Below are positions 1-9,753 of a stretch of 64,000 nucleotides of DNA, one piece after another. Positions within the stretch are counted from its first letter, which is position 1, and every line of letters begins with the position of its first letter. The stretch is from assembly GCA_021793645.1 (NCBI GenBank), contig JAJYSJ010000002.1, positions 2,003-66,002 of the forward strand, read 5' to 3'. The notes under the pieces were generated by a model. The model saw only the letters and a list, made by a program, of their open reading frames with translations, did not search any database and had not been told where the DNA came from. Origin of the DNA: Bacillota bacterium. Lineage in GTDB: Bacteria; Bacillota; Sulfobacillia; JAJZYS01; JAJYTV01. A program made the position numbers and the translations under genes.

Positions 1-626
1 TAGTCGCGCGCAAGAATGAATGCTGACTGGTCCATCACCTGGACATCCGTCCGCAGCACGGTATCGTAGTCGACCGAACGATAGCGGCGCGCGGCGGGAT
101 CCTTCTTGGGGTCGGTAGTGAACACGCCGTTCACGCCGCGCTTCGCCACGAGGATGGCTTCCGCCCGTATCTCCAGGGCGCGCTGCACCGCAGGGTAATC
201 GGTCGTCACGTACGGCTGTCCCGTGCCGCCGGCGAAGATGACGAGATGGCCCTTCTCCAGGTGGTGGATCGCCCGCAGCCGGATGTACGGCTCGGCCACA
301 GCGGGCATCGGAATGGCGGTCATGACCCGCACGTCCTCCACCGCCTTCGCCGTCAAGACGCCGCGCAGGATCAGGCTGTTCACGACTGTAGCCATCGTGC
401 CGATGTTATCAGCCTCTGCGCGCTCGATCCCCCACTGGTCCGCGGTGCGCCCGCGAAAGATGTTCCCGCCGCCGACCATCACCGCTGTTTCGACTCCGGA
501 CCGGATCAGGTCGGAGAGTTCGCTGCCGATGTGGTCTAAAGCGCCACGGTCGAATCCGAACTCCTCTTCGCCTGCGAATGCACCCCCGCTGAGCTTCACC
601 AGCACACGCCGCAGTCGAGCCGTCAG
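1..626 (-). CDS. pyrH: UMP kinase (stand-alone paralogue; 3' end runs off the window)
   Basis: Manual translation gives RRVLVKLSGGAFAGEEEFGFD...GGGNIFRG...ADNIGTMATVVNSL...IFAGGTGQPYVTTD. Probable CTG start at 626 after SD AAGGGGG; in-frame TAA at 641-639. Not in the ORF track. Confidence 0.88.
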   Translation of the reverse strand, partial: MTARLRRVLVKLSGGAFAGEEEFGFDRGALDHIGSELSDLIRSGVETAVMVGGGNIFRGRTADQWGIERAEADNIGTMATVVNSLILRGVLTAKAVEDVRVMTAIPMPAVAEPYIRLRAIHHLEKGHLVIFAGGTGQPYVTTDYPAVQRALEIRAEAILVAKRGVNGVFTTDPKKDPAARRYRSVDYDTVLRTDVQVMDQSAFILARD

Positions 627-661
627 GCCACCGCCCCCTTATATTGGAAAGGATTTTCGGC

Positions 662-670
662 ATTGTATCA
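662..670 (-). promoter_or_regulatory. Extended -10 promoter element for pyrH
   Basis: TGATACAAT (TGn-TACAAT) on the minus strand about 35 nt upstream of the start. Confidence 0.5.
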
Positions 671-783
671 CGGAGGCTGAGCAATGGCTGCCTCCGCCTA
701 GTAGATGTGGCAACTGCAGCTGCAGTCTTCCAGGGCACGAAGTCTCGACCGCCGGCAGGCTATGGGGCATTCGGGCCAGCCTC

Positions 784-1443
784 TTAGACCGCAGGCTCGC
801 CGACGTCTTCGGAGGCCGCGGCATCCACAGCAAGGTGCAGCGCACCCTCCAGCTCACAGAAGTCTTGCAGCACCACCGCAGCGCCTGCAGCGAGCAGCGC
901 GCCTGAACCGCTCCAACCCCAGCCAGCCCCTAGCGGCAGCATGCCGGCTGCTCGCGCCGCCACTACGTCGGTCTCCTGGTCGCCCAGGTAGGCGCCGCCG
1001 CGCATCGCAAGGCGCGACTGCGCCAGCAGGAGCGGCTGCGGGTGCGGCTTGTGCTGCTGCGTATCGTCGCGGCAGACGACGACCTCGAAGGCGGCATGAA
1101 GGCCCGTCTGCGCGAGTTCCCGTTCCACAGCCCAGCGCCGCTTCGACGTGACGACGCCCAGTCGATGGCCGGCGCGCGTGAGCGTATGGAGCGCAGCGGG
1201 CGCACCGGGGAACGGTTGGACTGTGTGGAGCGCCTTCCGGTAGAGGCGCTGCATCTCCCGCCAGACTGCGAAGTAGACCGCCTCCTCTATGTCGGCGGAC
1301 GCGGCATCGTGCGCGACAAGGAAGCGGTGCACGGACGCTGCGTCGCTTGCCTGTCCATGGCTGCGCAGAGCCCTTTGGGCCGCGTAGGCATGCGCCTCCG
1401 AGGTGTCGAGCAGCGTACCGTCGAGATCGAAGAGAATGAGCAC
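784..1443 (-). CDS. HAD-superfamily phosphatase (PpaX/phosphoglycolate phosphatase-like)
   Basis: FDLDGTLLDT motif I, VVTSK motif II, KPHP and LGD motifs; GTG start after GGAGG. Confidence 0.85.
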   Translation of the reverse strand: MLILFDLDGTLLDTSEAHAYAAQRALRSHGQASDAASVHRFLVAHDAASADIEEAVYFAVWREMQRLYRKALHTVQPFPGAPAALHTLTRAGHRLGVVTSKRRWAVERELAQTGLHAAFEVVVCRDDTQQHKPHPQPLLLAQSRLAMRGGAYLGDQETDVVAARAAGMLPLGAGWGWSGSGALLAAGAAVVLQDFCELEGALHLAVDAAASEDVGEPAV

Positions 1444-1552
1444 CGAATCCCTCCAGTCACGGGCCGAACTTCTCGCCCTGCCCCGGCTTCCCTGCAGGGC
1501 AGCAGGAGTCGAACGCGAGGCGACCAATCTAGGAATTGCAAGGGAGGCCGTC

Positions 1553-2134
1553 ATGGCGAACGAAGATGCTTCCTTGGGGCTCGACGTCTCGGGCGCCCTC
1601 CGTCGCCTTGCGGAACGTCTTGACCCGGATCTCGTGCTGCCGGCGGGCAGGCCTTCGGCCGTGCTCGTGCTGCTCTACCCAGACAATGCGGGCCTGCGGG
1701 TTCTTCTGACCCAACGTGCGGAAGACCTCGACCACCACAAGGGTCAAATCAGCTTTCCGGGAGGTTCCTGCGACCCCGAAGACGAGGACTACTGGGCAAC
1801 CGCGCTGCGCGAGGCGGAAGAGGAAGTCGGCCTGTCGGCGCAGCCGCGGCGCCTGGGCCACCTGCCGGCGCTCTTCATCCCCGTGTCCGGGTACGCGGTC
1901 GCACCCTGCGTCGGGTACGTTGAACGGCCGCCGCAGGTCTATCCGCGCACGCGCGAGGTCGCTGGCCTGCTGCAGCCGCCGCTCGCCGAACTGTGGGCCG
2001 TAGAAGAGTGGGAGGACGTCAAGACGCCGTCCGGCGCGATCTGGCGCATGCCCGTCTACCCCTGGCAGGACTACCGCATCTGGGGAGCGACGGCGCGCAT
2101 GCTCCACACGCTGCGCCGCGCGCTGCGGCCCTAG
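1553..2134 (+). CDS. Nudix hydrolase, CoA pyrophosphatase subfamily
   Basis: LLTQRA..L..HKGQISFPGG plus Nudix box ALREAEEEVGL and IWGATA; SD GGAGG. Confidence 0.88.
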   Translation: MANEDASLGLDVSGALRRLAERLDPDLVLPAGRPSAVLVLLYPDNAGLRVLLTQRAEDLDHHKGQISFPGGSCDPEDEDYWATALREAEEEVGLSAQPRRLGHLPALFIPVSGYAVAPCVGYVERPPQVYPRTREVAGLLQPPLAELWAVEEWEDVKTPSGAIWRMPVYPWQDYRIWGATARMLHTLRRALRP

Positions 2135-3057
2135 TAGCCGCGGGTGCGGTCGACGACGCCGAGGAGCGGCTCCCCCGCAAGGTAGCGGCGCAGGTTTTCG
2201 GCGGCGAACGCCCCGACGCGCTGGGCCTCGCTGGGCCCCGAGCAGTGCGCGGAGACAAAGCAGTTCGGCAAGTCCCAGAGCGGGCTCCCCTCGGGCAGCG
2301 GCTCCTCGCGGAACACGTCGAGCTGAGCGAAGGCCGGTCGCCCGGCACGCAGCGCCACAGCCAGCGCCTGCTCGTCAATCACGTTGCCACGGCCGACGTT
2401 GCACAGGATCGAGCCCTCGCGCATCGCCGCGAACTCCCTTGCACCAAAGAGGCCGTCCGTCTTTGCGGTGGCCGGCAGGACAAGCACCAGGTTGTCGACG
2501 CCGGCGGCGAACTCTTGTGCCCCGTTCGGCAGGAAATGCCGATCGACAAGGTCTGCGCTGGCGCCGCTTCGGCTGAGGCCCCAGACCTCCATGCCGAAGG
2601 CGCGGCCCATCTGTACGATGTCCTGGCCGATCGCCCCCAGTCCAGCCACTCCGAGGCGCTGGCCGCGCAGCGGCTGCGCAAAGACCTTCTCCCAGCGGTG
2701 CGCGTGCTGCAGACGGCGGATCGCAAAGATGTCGCGGCGGATCGCCAGAAGGAAGGCGAAAACGTGCTCTGTCATCACAGTGCCAAAGGCGCCGACGATG
2801 CGCGTTAGGGGGACGGCTGGCGGCAACGCGCTGACGACCTTGTCGACCCCGGCGCCCAGCCATTGCACCCAGCGTAAATTCGGCATGCGCGCGAGCAGGT
2901 CTGACGGAATGCCCCAGGAGAAGACGATCTCCGCGTCGAGATGCAGGAGCGCCTCTTCAGGTGTCGACGCGGCCGCGATCGCAGCGTCCGGGGCCACCAT
3001 CTGCAAGATCCCTCTGTACTTGGCGGCATCCGCCGCGTAGACAAGAATCCTCGCCAC
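2131..3057 (-). CDS. D-isomer-specific 2-hydroxyacid dehydrogenase
   Basis: GAGVD, GLGAIG Rossmann motif, NVGRG, LDVFREEPLP, SAHCSG; start approximate. Confidence 0.88.
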   Translation of the reverse strand: MARILVYAADAAKYRGILQMVAPDAAIAAASTPEEALLHLDAEIVFSWGIPSDLLARMPNLRWVQWLGAGVDKVVSALPPAVPLTRIVGAFGTVMTEHVFAFLLAIRRDIFAIRRLQHAHRWEKVFAQPLRGQRLGVAGLGAIGQDIVQMGRAFGMEVWGLSRSGASADLVDRHFLPNGAQEFAAGVDNLVLVLPATAKTDGLFGAREFAAMREGSILCNVGRGNVIDEQALAVALRAGRPAFAQLDVFREEPLPEGSPLWDLPNCFVSAHCSGPSEAQRVGAFAAENLRRYLAGEPLLGVVDRTRGY

Positions 3058-3189
3058 AGCACTCGGCCGTCGGCCGCAGCCGCCGGCCCGATCCCCCTTT
3101 CCTCGACTGCACGCTGCAAAGGCGGCGTCTCTTGAACCGAAGTTCGCAAGGGCGCGGCAGCCTTCCTTCCGCGCCGAGGAGGAATCGGA

Positions 3190-4203
3190 TTGCGCATACT
3201 CGTGATCGGCGGAACCAGAATGATCGGCCATTACCTCATCCCAAAGCTGCTCGCCCAGGGCGACGAGGTGACAGTCCTCTCGCGCGGCAACCGACCCCTC
3301 CCGGATCCCCGCGCGCGGCACGTGTCGGCAGACCGGCAGGACCCCGCCCAACTGGCCGCTGCGCTCCGGGGTCAGGCGTTCGACGCCGTGATCGACAACG
3401 TCGCCCACGTCCCTGCGCATGCCGAATCACTCTTATCCGCGCTGGAAGGTCGGTTCGGTCACTACGTCCTCACGAGCACCGCCTTCGTCTACCCGCAGTT
3501 GGACGCGACGAGCACCGCGCTGCATCCCATCAACGAGGATGCGTGGGACTTCACCCTACCGCCCTTGCCGCCCAGTCCCTCGGAGCATCTGCAATATGTC
3601 GACGGAAAGCGCCGTCTGGAGGCGTTTTTGGCCGCCGCAGGCCCGCCTTTGGGCCTGCAGGTGACGATCGTGCGCCCGCACCTGCAGCTCGCGGGCGCCG
3701 GCACGGAGGACGGCCGCTTCGCCTGGTTCTGGCTGCGGGTGCGCGACGGCGGACCGATCTGGCTGCCCGAGGAGGCGCAGGCGCCGGCGGGCCTATGCCA
3801 GATGGCCTATGCGGGCGATGTGGCGAGCGTCCTCGCAGCCGCAGCGCACCGACCCGCTGGGGAACTGCGCGTCTACCATGCGGCCGCGGTCGATGCCTTC
3901 AATTACAAGGACTACATCGCGGCGATGGCGGACGCGGCCGGCACATACCCGGAGCTCCGATTCGCGCCGCGTGAACGCCTCAACGCCAGCGCATTCGCCA
4001 CAGGCGGCGTGTACCGCATCCCTCTCCCGTACGTCGCCAGGTTTGACGTGACGCGGGCGCAGAAGGAACTCGGGGTGCGCTTCACGCCGCTGCGCGAATG
4101 GCTGCCATCGGTCGGGTCGTGGATGGATGACTTCTACCGCACGGCGCAGGTACCGCCTTGGTTGGCCATGCGGGCGATCGAACGCCAGACGAGCGTCATC
4201 TAG
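3190..4203 (+). CDS. NAD-dependent epimerase/dehydratase family protein
   Basis: MRILVIGGTRMIG N-terminal Rossmann motif and YVDGK (YxxxK); TTG start after GAGGAGG. Confidence 0.8.
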   Translation: MRILVIGGTRMIGHYLIPKLLAQGDEVTVLSRGNRPLPDPRARHVSADRQDPAQLAAALRGQAFDAVIDNVAHVPAHAESLLSALEGRFGHYVLTSTAFVYPQLDATSTALHPINEDAWDFTLPPLPPSPSEHLQYVDGKRRLEAFLAAAGPPLGLQVTIVRPHLQLAGAGTEDGRFAWFWLRVRDGGPIWLPEEAQAPAGLCQMAYAGDVASVLAAAAHRPAGELRVYHAAAVDAFNYKDYIAAMADAAGTYPELRFAPRERLNASAFATGGVYRIPLPYVARFDVTRAQKELGVRFTPLREWLPSVGSWMDDFYRTAQVPPWLAMRAIERQTSVI

Positions 4204-4246
4204 CCAGGGAAGGTCCCTTCGGACAGGGCCCCGGGACGGATACCTC

Positions 4247-4255
4247 TGCTATAAT
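4247..4255 (+). promoter_or_regulatory. Extended -10 promoter element for aspA
   Basis: TGCTATAAT about 50 nt upstream of the ATG at 4306. Confidence 0.6.
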
Positions 4256-4305
4256 GCCTTTGGTCTTCACCTGGCAACGAGCGCAGCGTCAGGAGGAATG
4301 CAAGC

Positions 4306-5694
4306 ATGCCACGCATCGAACGCGACGCACTCGGCGAAGTGCAGGTACCGGACAGCGCCCTCTGGGGTGCCCACGCCCAGCGCTCACACGAGAATTTCCC
4401 AATCAGCGGGCGCCTGCCGCGCCCGGAGTTCCTGGCCGCCGGCGCGCAGGTCAAGCGCGCGGCCGCCATCGCTCACCGCGAAACGGGCCGAATGAAGCCG
4501 GAGACCACCGAAGCGATCGTCTGGGCTGCGGACGAGGTGATCGCCGGACGCCACCTCGACCAGTTCATCGTCGACGTCTACCAGGCCGGCGCAGGCACCT
4601 CCTTCAACATGAACATGAACGAGGTGCTGGCAAACCTCGCCTCCATCCACCTTGGGGGCAAGGCCGGCGACCACAAGGTCTCTTCCCACGATGACGTCAA
4701 CATGGGCCAGTCTACCAACGACATCTTCCCGACGATCATGCGCGTAGCCGCCGCCACCCTCTGGCGCCACACACGCGAACAGACGCTCGCGCTCACGGCG
4801 TCCTTCGAGGAACTCGCGAAGCGCACGGACGGAGTGCTCAAGACGGGTCGCACGCACCTGCAGGACGCAGTGCCGATCCGCTACGGCCAGGAGTTCTCGG
4901 GCTACGCCGCCTCGATCCGCCAGGCGGTCGAGCAGACCGACCGCGCGGTCGAGTACCTCTACGAACTGAACATGGGCTCCACCGCGAACGGCACTGGGCT
5001 GAACGCGGAACCCGGCTATCCGGAGGCTGGCGCGAAGGAACTCTCCCGGATGTTGTCGCTTCCCTTCCACGCGCCGGGGAACCGCTTCCGCATCACCCAG
5101 AGCCTGGGCGACTTCGTCTTCTTCTCCTCCGGCGTGCAGGTGCTCGCGATCGAGCTGACGCGCATCGCTTCTGACCTGCGCCTGCTGTCTTCCGGCCCGC
5201 ACGCGGGCATCGGCGAGATCCAGCTGCCGGCCGTCCAGCCGGGCTCCTCGATCATGCCGGGCAAGGTCAACCCGTCGGTGCCCGAAATGGTCAACATGGT
5301 CGCACTGGACGTAATCGGAGGCCACGTGACGATCGCCACGGCCGCACAGTACGGCCAGATGGAGCTGAACGTGATGATGCCGGTCGTCGCCGACCGGCTC
5401 GTGGAGTCCCTGATCATCCTTGGCAACGCGGCCGAGACCCTGCGACTTCGCTGCGTCGACGGCATCACCGTCAACGCTGAGCGCAGCCTGAAGCTCCTTG
5501 AGGGTTCCGGTGCGCTGGCCACGGCCGTCGCACCGTACGTCGGCTACGCGAAGTCGGCGGATCTGCAGAACGAATCGACCCGCACCGGCCGCAGCGTGCG
5601 GGACCTCGTCGTCGAGCAAGGCCTGCTGACGGCCGAGCAGGCCGACGCCATCCTCGACCTGCGCAAGATGACGGAGCCTGGCATCTCGGGCTGA
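4306..5694 (+). CDS. aspA: Aspartate ammonia-lyase / class II fumarase
   Basis: GSSIMPGKVNP signature, GRTHLQDAVP, QSTND, GAGTSFNMN; aspA versus fumC not firmly resolved. Confidence 0.8.
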   Translation: MPRIERDALGEVQVPDSALWGAHAQRSHENFPISGRLPRPEFLAAGAQVKRAAAIAHRETGRMKPETTEAIVWAADEVIAGRHLDQFIVDVYQAGAGTSFNMNMNEVLANLASIHLGGKAGDHKVSSHDDVNMGQSTNDIFPTIMRVAAATLWRHTREQTLALTASFEELAKRTDGVLKTGRTHLQDAVPIRYGQEFSGYAASIRQAVEQTDRAVEYLYELNMGSTANGTGLNAEPGYPEAGAKELSRMLSLPFHAPGNRFRITQSLGDFVFFSSGVQVLAIELTRIASDLRLLSSGPHAGIGEIQLPAVQPGSSIMPGKVNPSVPEMVNMVALDVIGGHVTIATAAQYGQMELNVMMPVVADRLVESLIILGNAAETLRLRCVDGITVNAERSLKLLEGSGALATAVAPYVGYAKSADLQNESTRTGRSVRDLVVEQGLLTAEQADAILDLRKMTEPGISG

Positions 5695-7848
5695 TCAGCG
5701 CTCCGCCAGCAGCTGGCCCTCCTCGCGCTCGAAGCGGGCCTGGACGAGGCTGAACAGTGCAGCAGCTCGTTCCAGCGTCTCCACGCAGCGCGCCTCGATG
5801 TGTCGGTCCCGGCGGTCGAGCGCCCCAACGGCGCCCAGCACCCGGCTCCCCGCCATGATCGGCGCCACGGCAACCGAGCGAAACCCCCGAAGCCCCCGAT
5901 TGGCGCCCTCGCCCTCCAAGGCGAGGGCGCCTTCACGCAGGAAGAGCGGTTCGCCGTGCTCCGCGACCCACTGCGTCCCCGCCTGGATCCCCAGATGCGC
6001 GAGCGATGCCGCACTTGGCGGATAGGCGGACAGGGGCAGGACAGCCGTGCCTTCCGCGAGGTCGCAGGCCGCGACGAAATGCACCTCCGCCGAAAACAGC
6101 CGGCGCAGCCCTTCCAAGAGTTCGCGCGCCGCTTCGGCGGCACTCTCCGATGTGCGCAGAGCGGTCGCCATCTCCTCAAGCGCCAGGAGTTCGTGCTCTC
6201 TGCGGACCACCTCGCCCAGGCGGGCGTGTGCGTGCACCGCGGCGGCGATCTGCCCCACGAGGAGTGTCAGCGCGTCGCTGTCCCGCTGCAAGAACCCGAC
6301 CGGCTCCCGTCGCCACGCGACGAGCACGCCGATGCGCTCGCCGTCGAAGGCGACCGGCATCGAGATCATGCTGGAGAACGGTCCCTGCAAACGCCGCATC
6401 CCACCTGCAACCCGATGCTGGGCCTGGGTGGCGGTCTGCGGCGAGCGGTGCAGCCAGGCGGCGGTCGCTTCGCGGACGGCTTCGCCGCCCAGCGGGTGGG
6501 TGATCATGTCGCGCACCTTGCCATCCAAAGACGTAAGAACGAGTGCCGCTTCATCCGCGCCCACGAGCTGCGCGGCGCGCTGCGGCACCATGGCATCGAG
6601 TCTGCCCTCGCCAAGATTTGTCAGCAGTTCGCGCAGGATGGTTGTCTGTCGCGAGCGCCGTGCGAGTTCTTCCTCGCGGAACGCCTGCTGCTGCACGACG
6701 ACGCGCTCGTGCTGGCGCAGCACCGCGATCTCCAGGGCGTCCAGCCAATCGCCGATGCGGTTGATCACTTCGTGCACCTCCCCCTTCGCCTCAGGGGCGA
6801 ATCGGTGCACGAGGTAGCCACGCAGGTGCGAGAAGCCTTGGGCAATCTCGACGCTCTGCGCGTCGATCGCGGCGATGTGCCGTGCGAATTCCGGCGAGAC
6901 CCCATAGTGCCATGCATCGGGGCGCGTACCGTAGTCCAGTACCGGGAGCAGAGCGCGCAAAAGCCTGGGCGAGGCAGTTTCTTGGCTCCGGTTCGGTGCC
7001 ACGGCACCGACCAGATTCTGCCGGTTCTCCTGGATGTAGCGGCGCACCCCTCGCCCGAGCACATCGGGCAGCGTCGCTGCGGCGGGGGCGGCAAGGCGCG
7101 CACGGGGCAGCGGGGATCGGGTGCGGACAGCAGCGAGGTTCTCCGCGGCGCCAGCCGGGCGGCCCACCGCGAATCCCTGTGCGAGTGCGACGCCGCGCAC
7201 GGCCAGTGCCTCGAGCCAATCCTGGCGCTCGATGCCCTCCGCCAGGACGTAGCAGCCCGCAGCCTCCGCGAGCTCCACATATTCCGCCAACTGTGCCTCT
7301 GCCGCCCGCTGGCCGGCCATGCAGCGTGCGACGATCTGGCGGTCCACCTTCAGCACCTCAGGCGCCAGGAGATCGAAGCAGTGGCGGTCGGAGGGTCCAC
7401 TGCCCATGTCGTCGACAGCCAGACGCAGTCCACCGCGGCGCAGTTCCTCGACGACGTACACAAGGTCCTCCGCCTGGGCAACGAGTCCCTCCTTCAGTTC
7501 GATGACGATCCGGTCAGCGTAGGGACTGCGCTGTGCGATGCGTCCGATCTCCACCGCACTCGCAGGTGAAGACGCATTGAGAAAGAGAAGCGCCTGCGGC
7601 AGTGCGGCCGCCAAAGGCGCGAAGTCTGCAATTGCACGCCCGCAAGCAAAGCGGTTGAGTGAGAGTTCAAGACCGTGCCGCCGCGCTGCCTGAAACCACC
7701 GCAAGGAATTGTGCGCAGGAAAGCGGGCCAGCGCCTCATAGCCGAAGACGCGGCCTCGCCGAAGGTCCCAGAGCGGCTGGAACGCCGTCTGCAGAGCCGA
7801 AAGACGCATCGTCTGGCGAATCTGCGCCGCTGTAATCACCGGACGCAA
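5695..7848 (-). CDS. EAL-domain c-di-GMP phosphodiesterase with C-terminal GAF domains
   Basis: FQPL..GYEALARF, IELKE, DDMGSG, LKVDR, LAEGIE, AQGF in the N-terminal part; two GAF-like repeats (SMPV...IGVLVAW; VAPI...LGAVGAL). TTG start after GGAGGT. Confidence 0.8.
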   Translation of the reverse strand: MRPVITAAQIRQTMRLSALQTAFQPLWDLRRGRVFGYEALARFPAHNSLRWFQAARRHGLELSLNRFACGRAIADFAPLAAALPQALLFLNASSPASAVEIGRIAQRSPYADRIVIELKEGLVAQAEDLVYVVEELRRGGLRLAVDDMGSGPSDRHCFDLLAPEVLKVDRQIVARCMAGQRAAEAQLAEYVELAEAAGCYVLAEGIERQDWLEALAVRGVALAQGFAVGRPAGAAENLAAVRTRSPLPRARLAAPAAATLPDVLGRGVRRYIQENRQNLVGAVAPNRSQETASPRLLRALLPVLDYGTRPDAWHYGVSPEFARHIAAIDAQSVEIAQGFSHLRGYLVHRFAPEAKGEVHEVINRIGDWLDALEIAVLRQHERVVVQQQAFREEELARRSRQTTILRELLTNLGEGRLDAMVPQRAAQLVGADEAALVLTSLDGKVRDMITHPLGGEAVREATAAWLHRSPQTATQAQHRVAGGMRRLQGPFSSMISMPVAFDGERIGVLVAWRREPVGFLQRDSDALTLLVGQIAAAVHAHARLGEVVRREHELLALEEMATALRTSESAAEAARELLEGLRRLFSAEVHFVAACDLAEGTAVLPLSAYPPSAASLAHLGIQAGTQWVAEHGEPLFLREGALALEGEGANRGLRGFRSVAVAPIMAGSRVLGAVGALDRRDRHIEARCVETLERAAALFSLVQARFEREEGQLLAER

Positions 7849-7921
7849 AGCGGCACCTCCGAATGCGATGTTCGCCCTCCATTTCGACGCTTCTTTGGGG
7901 TAGCCTGTCAGATGATGGCGC

Positions 7922-7930
7922 ATTATACCA
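7922..7930 (-). promoter_or_regulatory. Extended -10 promoter element for the EAL gene
   Basis: TGGTATAAT on the minus strand. Confidence 0.55.
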
Positions 7931-7945
7931 AGTTGCCCAATTGCT

Positions 7946-8854
7946 TTACTCCGTCAAAAGAGGCGGCAGGAGGCTGCGGTTGCGCTTGCCGTCTGTCAAG
8001 CCGCAGCGCATTCCCCGCCGCGCCATCACGTAGCCGAGCGCCTCCAGGTGGTCTCCGATGATCAGGTCCTGCACCGTCAGGGGCGCGCGATCCTGGGTGG
8101 TTCGGGGGTGAAGGCGGTTCGTCGTCACGACGTCGACTTTGTGCACCACCCGTACCTGCAGTCCCTCAAGCACAGCCGCTGCCTGCGCAACGGGCGGTAT
8201 GCCAAGACGCGCTGTACCGATGGCCCGAACGGCACGGGCTGAGAGCGCGTGCGGAACCGCAGTCAGGGAGGCCGAGCCGAGATCCGGGCGCCCGAGCACG
8301 CGATTCAGAAAAATCTTCGCCTGGCTGACGGCGTCCCCGGCCTGCACGTAGGAGCTTAAGTCGTTGAGCGCGACATCTGTGCCGGCGGCAATGCTCTGGA
8401 TGAAGGGTGCCAGGTCGGCTGCCCGGAAAACGATATCGCCGTCGATGAACAGGTAGGCATCGGCCTGAACTGCCGCGGCACCGATGGCTCGACCGACGTC
8501 ATGCCCAATTGCCTCTGGGTACTCGATCACTCGACAGCCGGCCGCCCGCGCGACATTCGCCGTTGCATCGCTCGATCCGTTGACCACCACTACCGTCTCA
8601 GCCAGGGGCAGGCTCCGCAGTTCCAGCAGGACGCTTAACAGCGTCTGCGCTTCATTCTGGGCGGCAAGCACGGCCACCGCCCGAATCACTTCATGGTCGT
8701 ACCAGCGCCGCTCCCCTCGCATCGGCTGGATCATGAACTGCGGGGGATGCTGTAGGCCGGAGCCCTTCGACGTCGCCAAGGGTTTGAGCATCTTCCTGCC
8801 GTGCTGGCTCGCTAAAAGCTGCACTGGCTCCCGAAGCATCCTTGCGTGCATCAT
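7946..8854 (-). CDS. Glycosyltransferase family 2
   Basis: AQNE, VVVNGSSDAT, GHDVGRAIGA, FIDGD (DxD), IIGDHLEAL; start overlaps the upstream stop. Confidence 0.8.
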   Translation of the reverse strand: MMHARMLREPVQLLASQHGRKMLKPLATSKGSGLQHPPQFMIQPMRGERRWYDHEVIRAVAVLAAQNEAQTLLSVLLELRSLPLAETVVVVNGSSDATANVARAAGCRVIEYPEAIGHDVGRAIGAAAVQADAYLFIDGDIVFRAADLAPFIQSIAAGTDVALNDLSSYVQAGDAVSQAKIFLNRVLGRPDLGSASLTAVPHALSARAVRAIGTARLGIPPVAQAAAVLEGLQVRVVHKVDVVTTNRLHPRTTQDRAPLTVQDLIIGDHLEALGYVMARRGMRCGLTDGKRNRSLLPPLLTE

Positions 8855-9567
8855 GCTCGATCTCCCACAAGTACCTTGTCGCCATCGATCAGTTCATCCG
8901 CAAGGTGACCGAAGTCCATGTGGATGCCGCGGCGGCTTTCAGCCCCCTCCGCGCAGATGGGCACCGCGGCGATACCCGCGGAGACAAGGGCAATATCGTA
9001 GTCGAAGCCTCGCATCCTCTGCAGGACCCGGTCGACGTCTTCGCAACCGTGCACGGGCGACAGGGTCCCCACCACCCGCACGCCCTGCGCCAGCAGCACC
9101 GGTTCGAGTTCTTGCGCGCGGTTCCCGATCAGCAGCACGCGCGGACGGGGCTCCTCGAGCAGCAGGGCCGCCAGATGGCCGCTCTTGTGCAGCTCGTAGT
9201 TCACCACCGCGTCCGTGAGGATTTTGCCGGAGAGGTCGATGTGGTGCGCAGCCAGTGCCGTCGCGAGCAGCGGCGCGAAGTTCTCCCCCGGCGACGTAGT
9301 GCGGCCGACGACGTCGGCCTTGCGGATTGCGTCGGCGAGGCGGTCGCGACAGACGACATCGGGGATCTCGACGCCGGCGTAGCGCAGGAAGGGGCCACGC
9401 TTCGCGACCTCTGCGAATGGCAGGAGAACCCCCTGCGCAAGTGTCAGGGCCTCCCCGTCGCCCAGCCGGACGAGCGAGAGCGGCCGCCCATCGCGCAGTG
9501 CGCGCACCAGGGCGCGCGCGACGTGGATGAGCAAGTCGCCGTGATCAGCATCCATCGGTTGGTTCAC
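8851..9567 (-). CDS. GT-D fold (DUF1792-like) glycosyltransferase
   Basis: LSLVRLGDGE motif, DIALVSAGIAAV, DFGHL. Confidence 0.7.
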   Translation of the reverse strand: MNQPMDADHGDLLIHVARALVRALRDGRPLSLVRLGDGEALTLAQGVLLPFAEVAKRGPFLRYAGVEIPDVVCRDRLADAIRKADVVGRTTSPGENFAPLLATALAAHHIDLSGKILTDAVVNYELHKSGHLAALLLEEPRPRVLLIGNRAQELEPVLLAQGVRVVGTLSPVHGCEDVDRVLQRMRGFDYDIALVSAGIAAVPICAEGAESRRGIHMDFGHLADELIDGDKVLVGDRA

Positions 9568-9692
9568 CCCCGCTTACGTCCCCTAGCAACTGGTTTATGG
9601 CACGTTGCCGCGGAGTGCTCCGGTGACCCGCCGCAGACTATTCCGGGCGCCAGGCTGCTGCGCCGCCCGCATGGACGTGGCGGCAATTTTCG

Positions 9693-9721
9693 TTGACAGG
9701 CGACCCGCAGTCCCTTACGAT
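9693..9721 (+). promoter_or_regulatory. SigA-type promoter for lysC
   Basis: TTGACA-N17-TACGAT. Confidence 0.7.
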
Positions 9722-9753
9722 TGCGCGCAATAACCCTTCCCGGGGGTCGCGAC

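Noticed and set aside
9570-9753. Lysine riboswitch upstream of lysC
   Set aside because: The promoter lies only about 30 nt before the ATG, leaving no room for an L-box aptamer.
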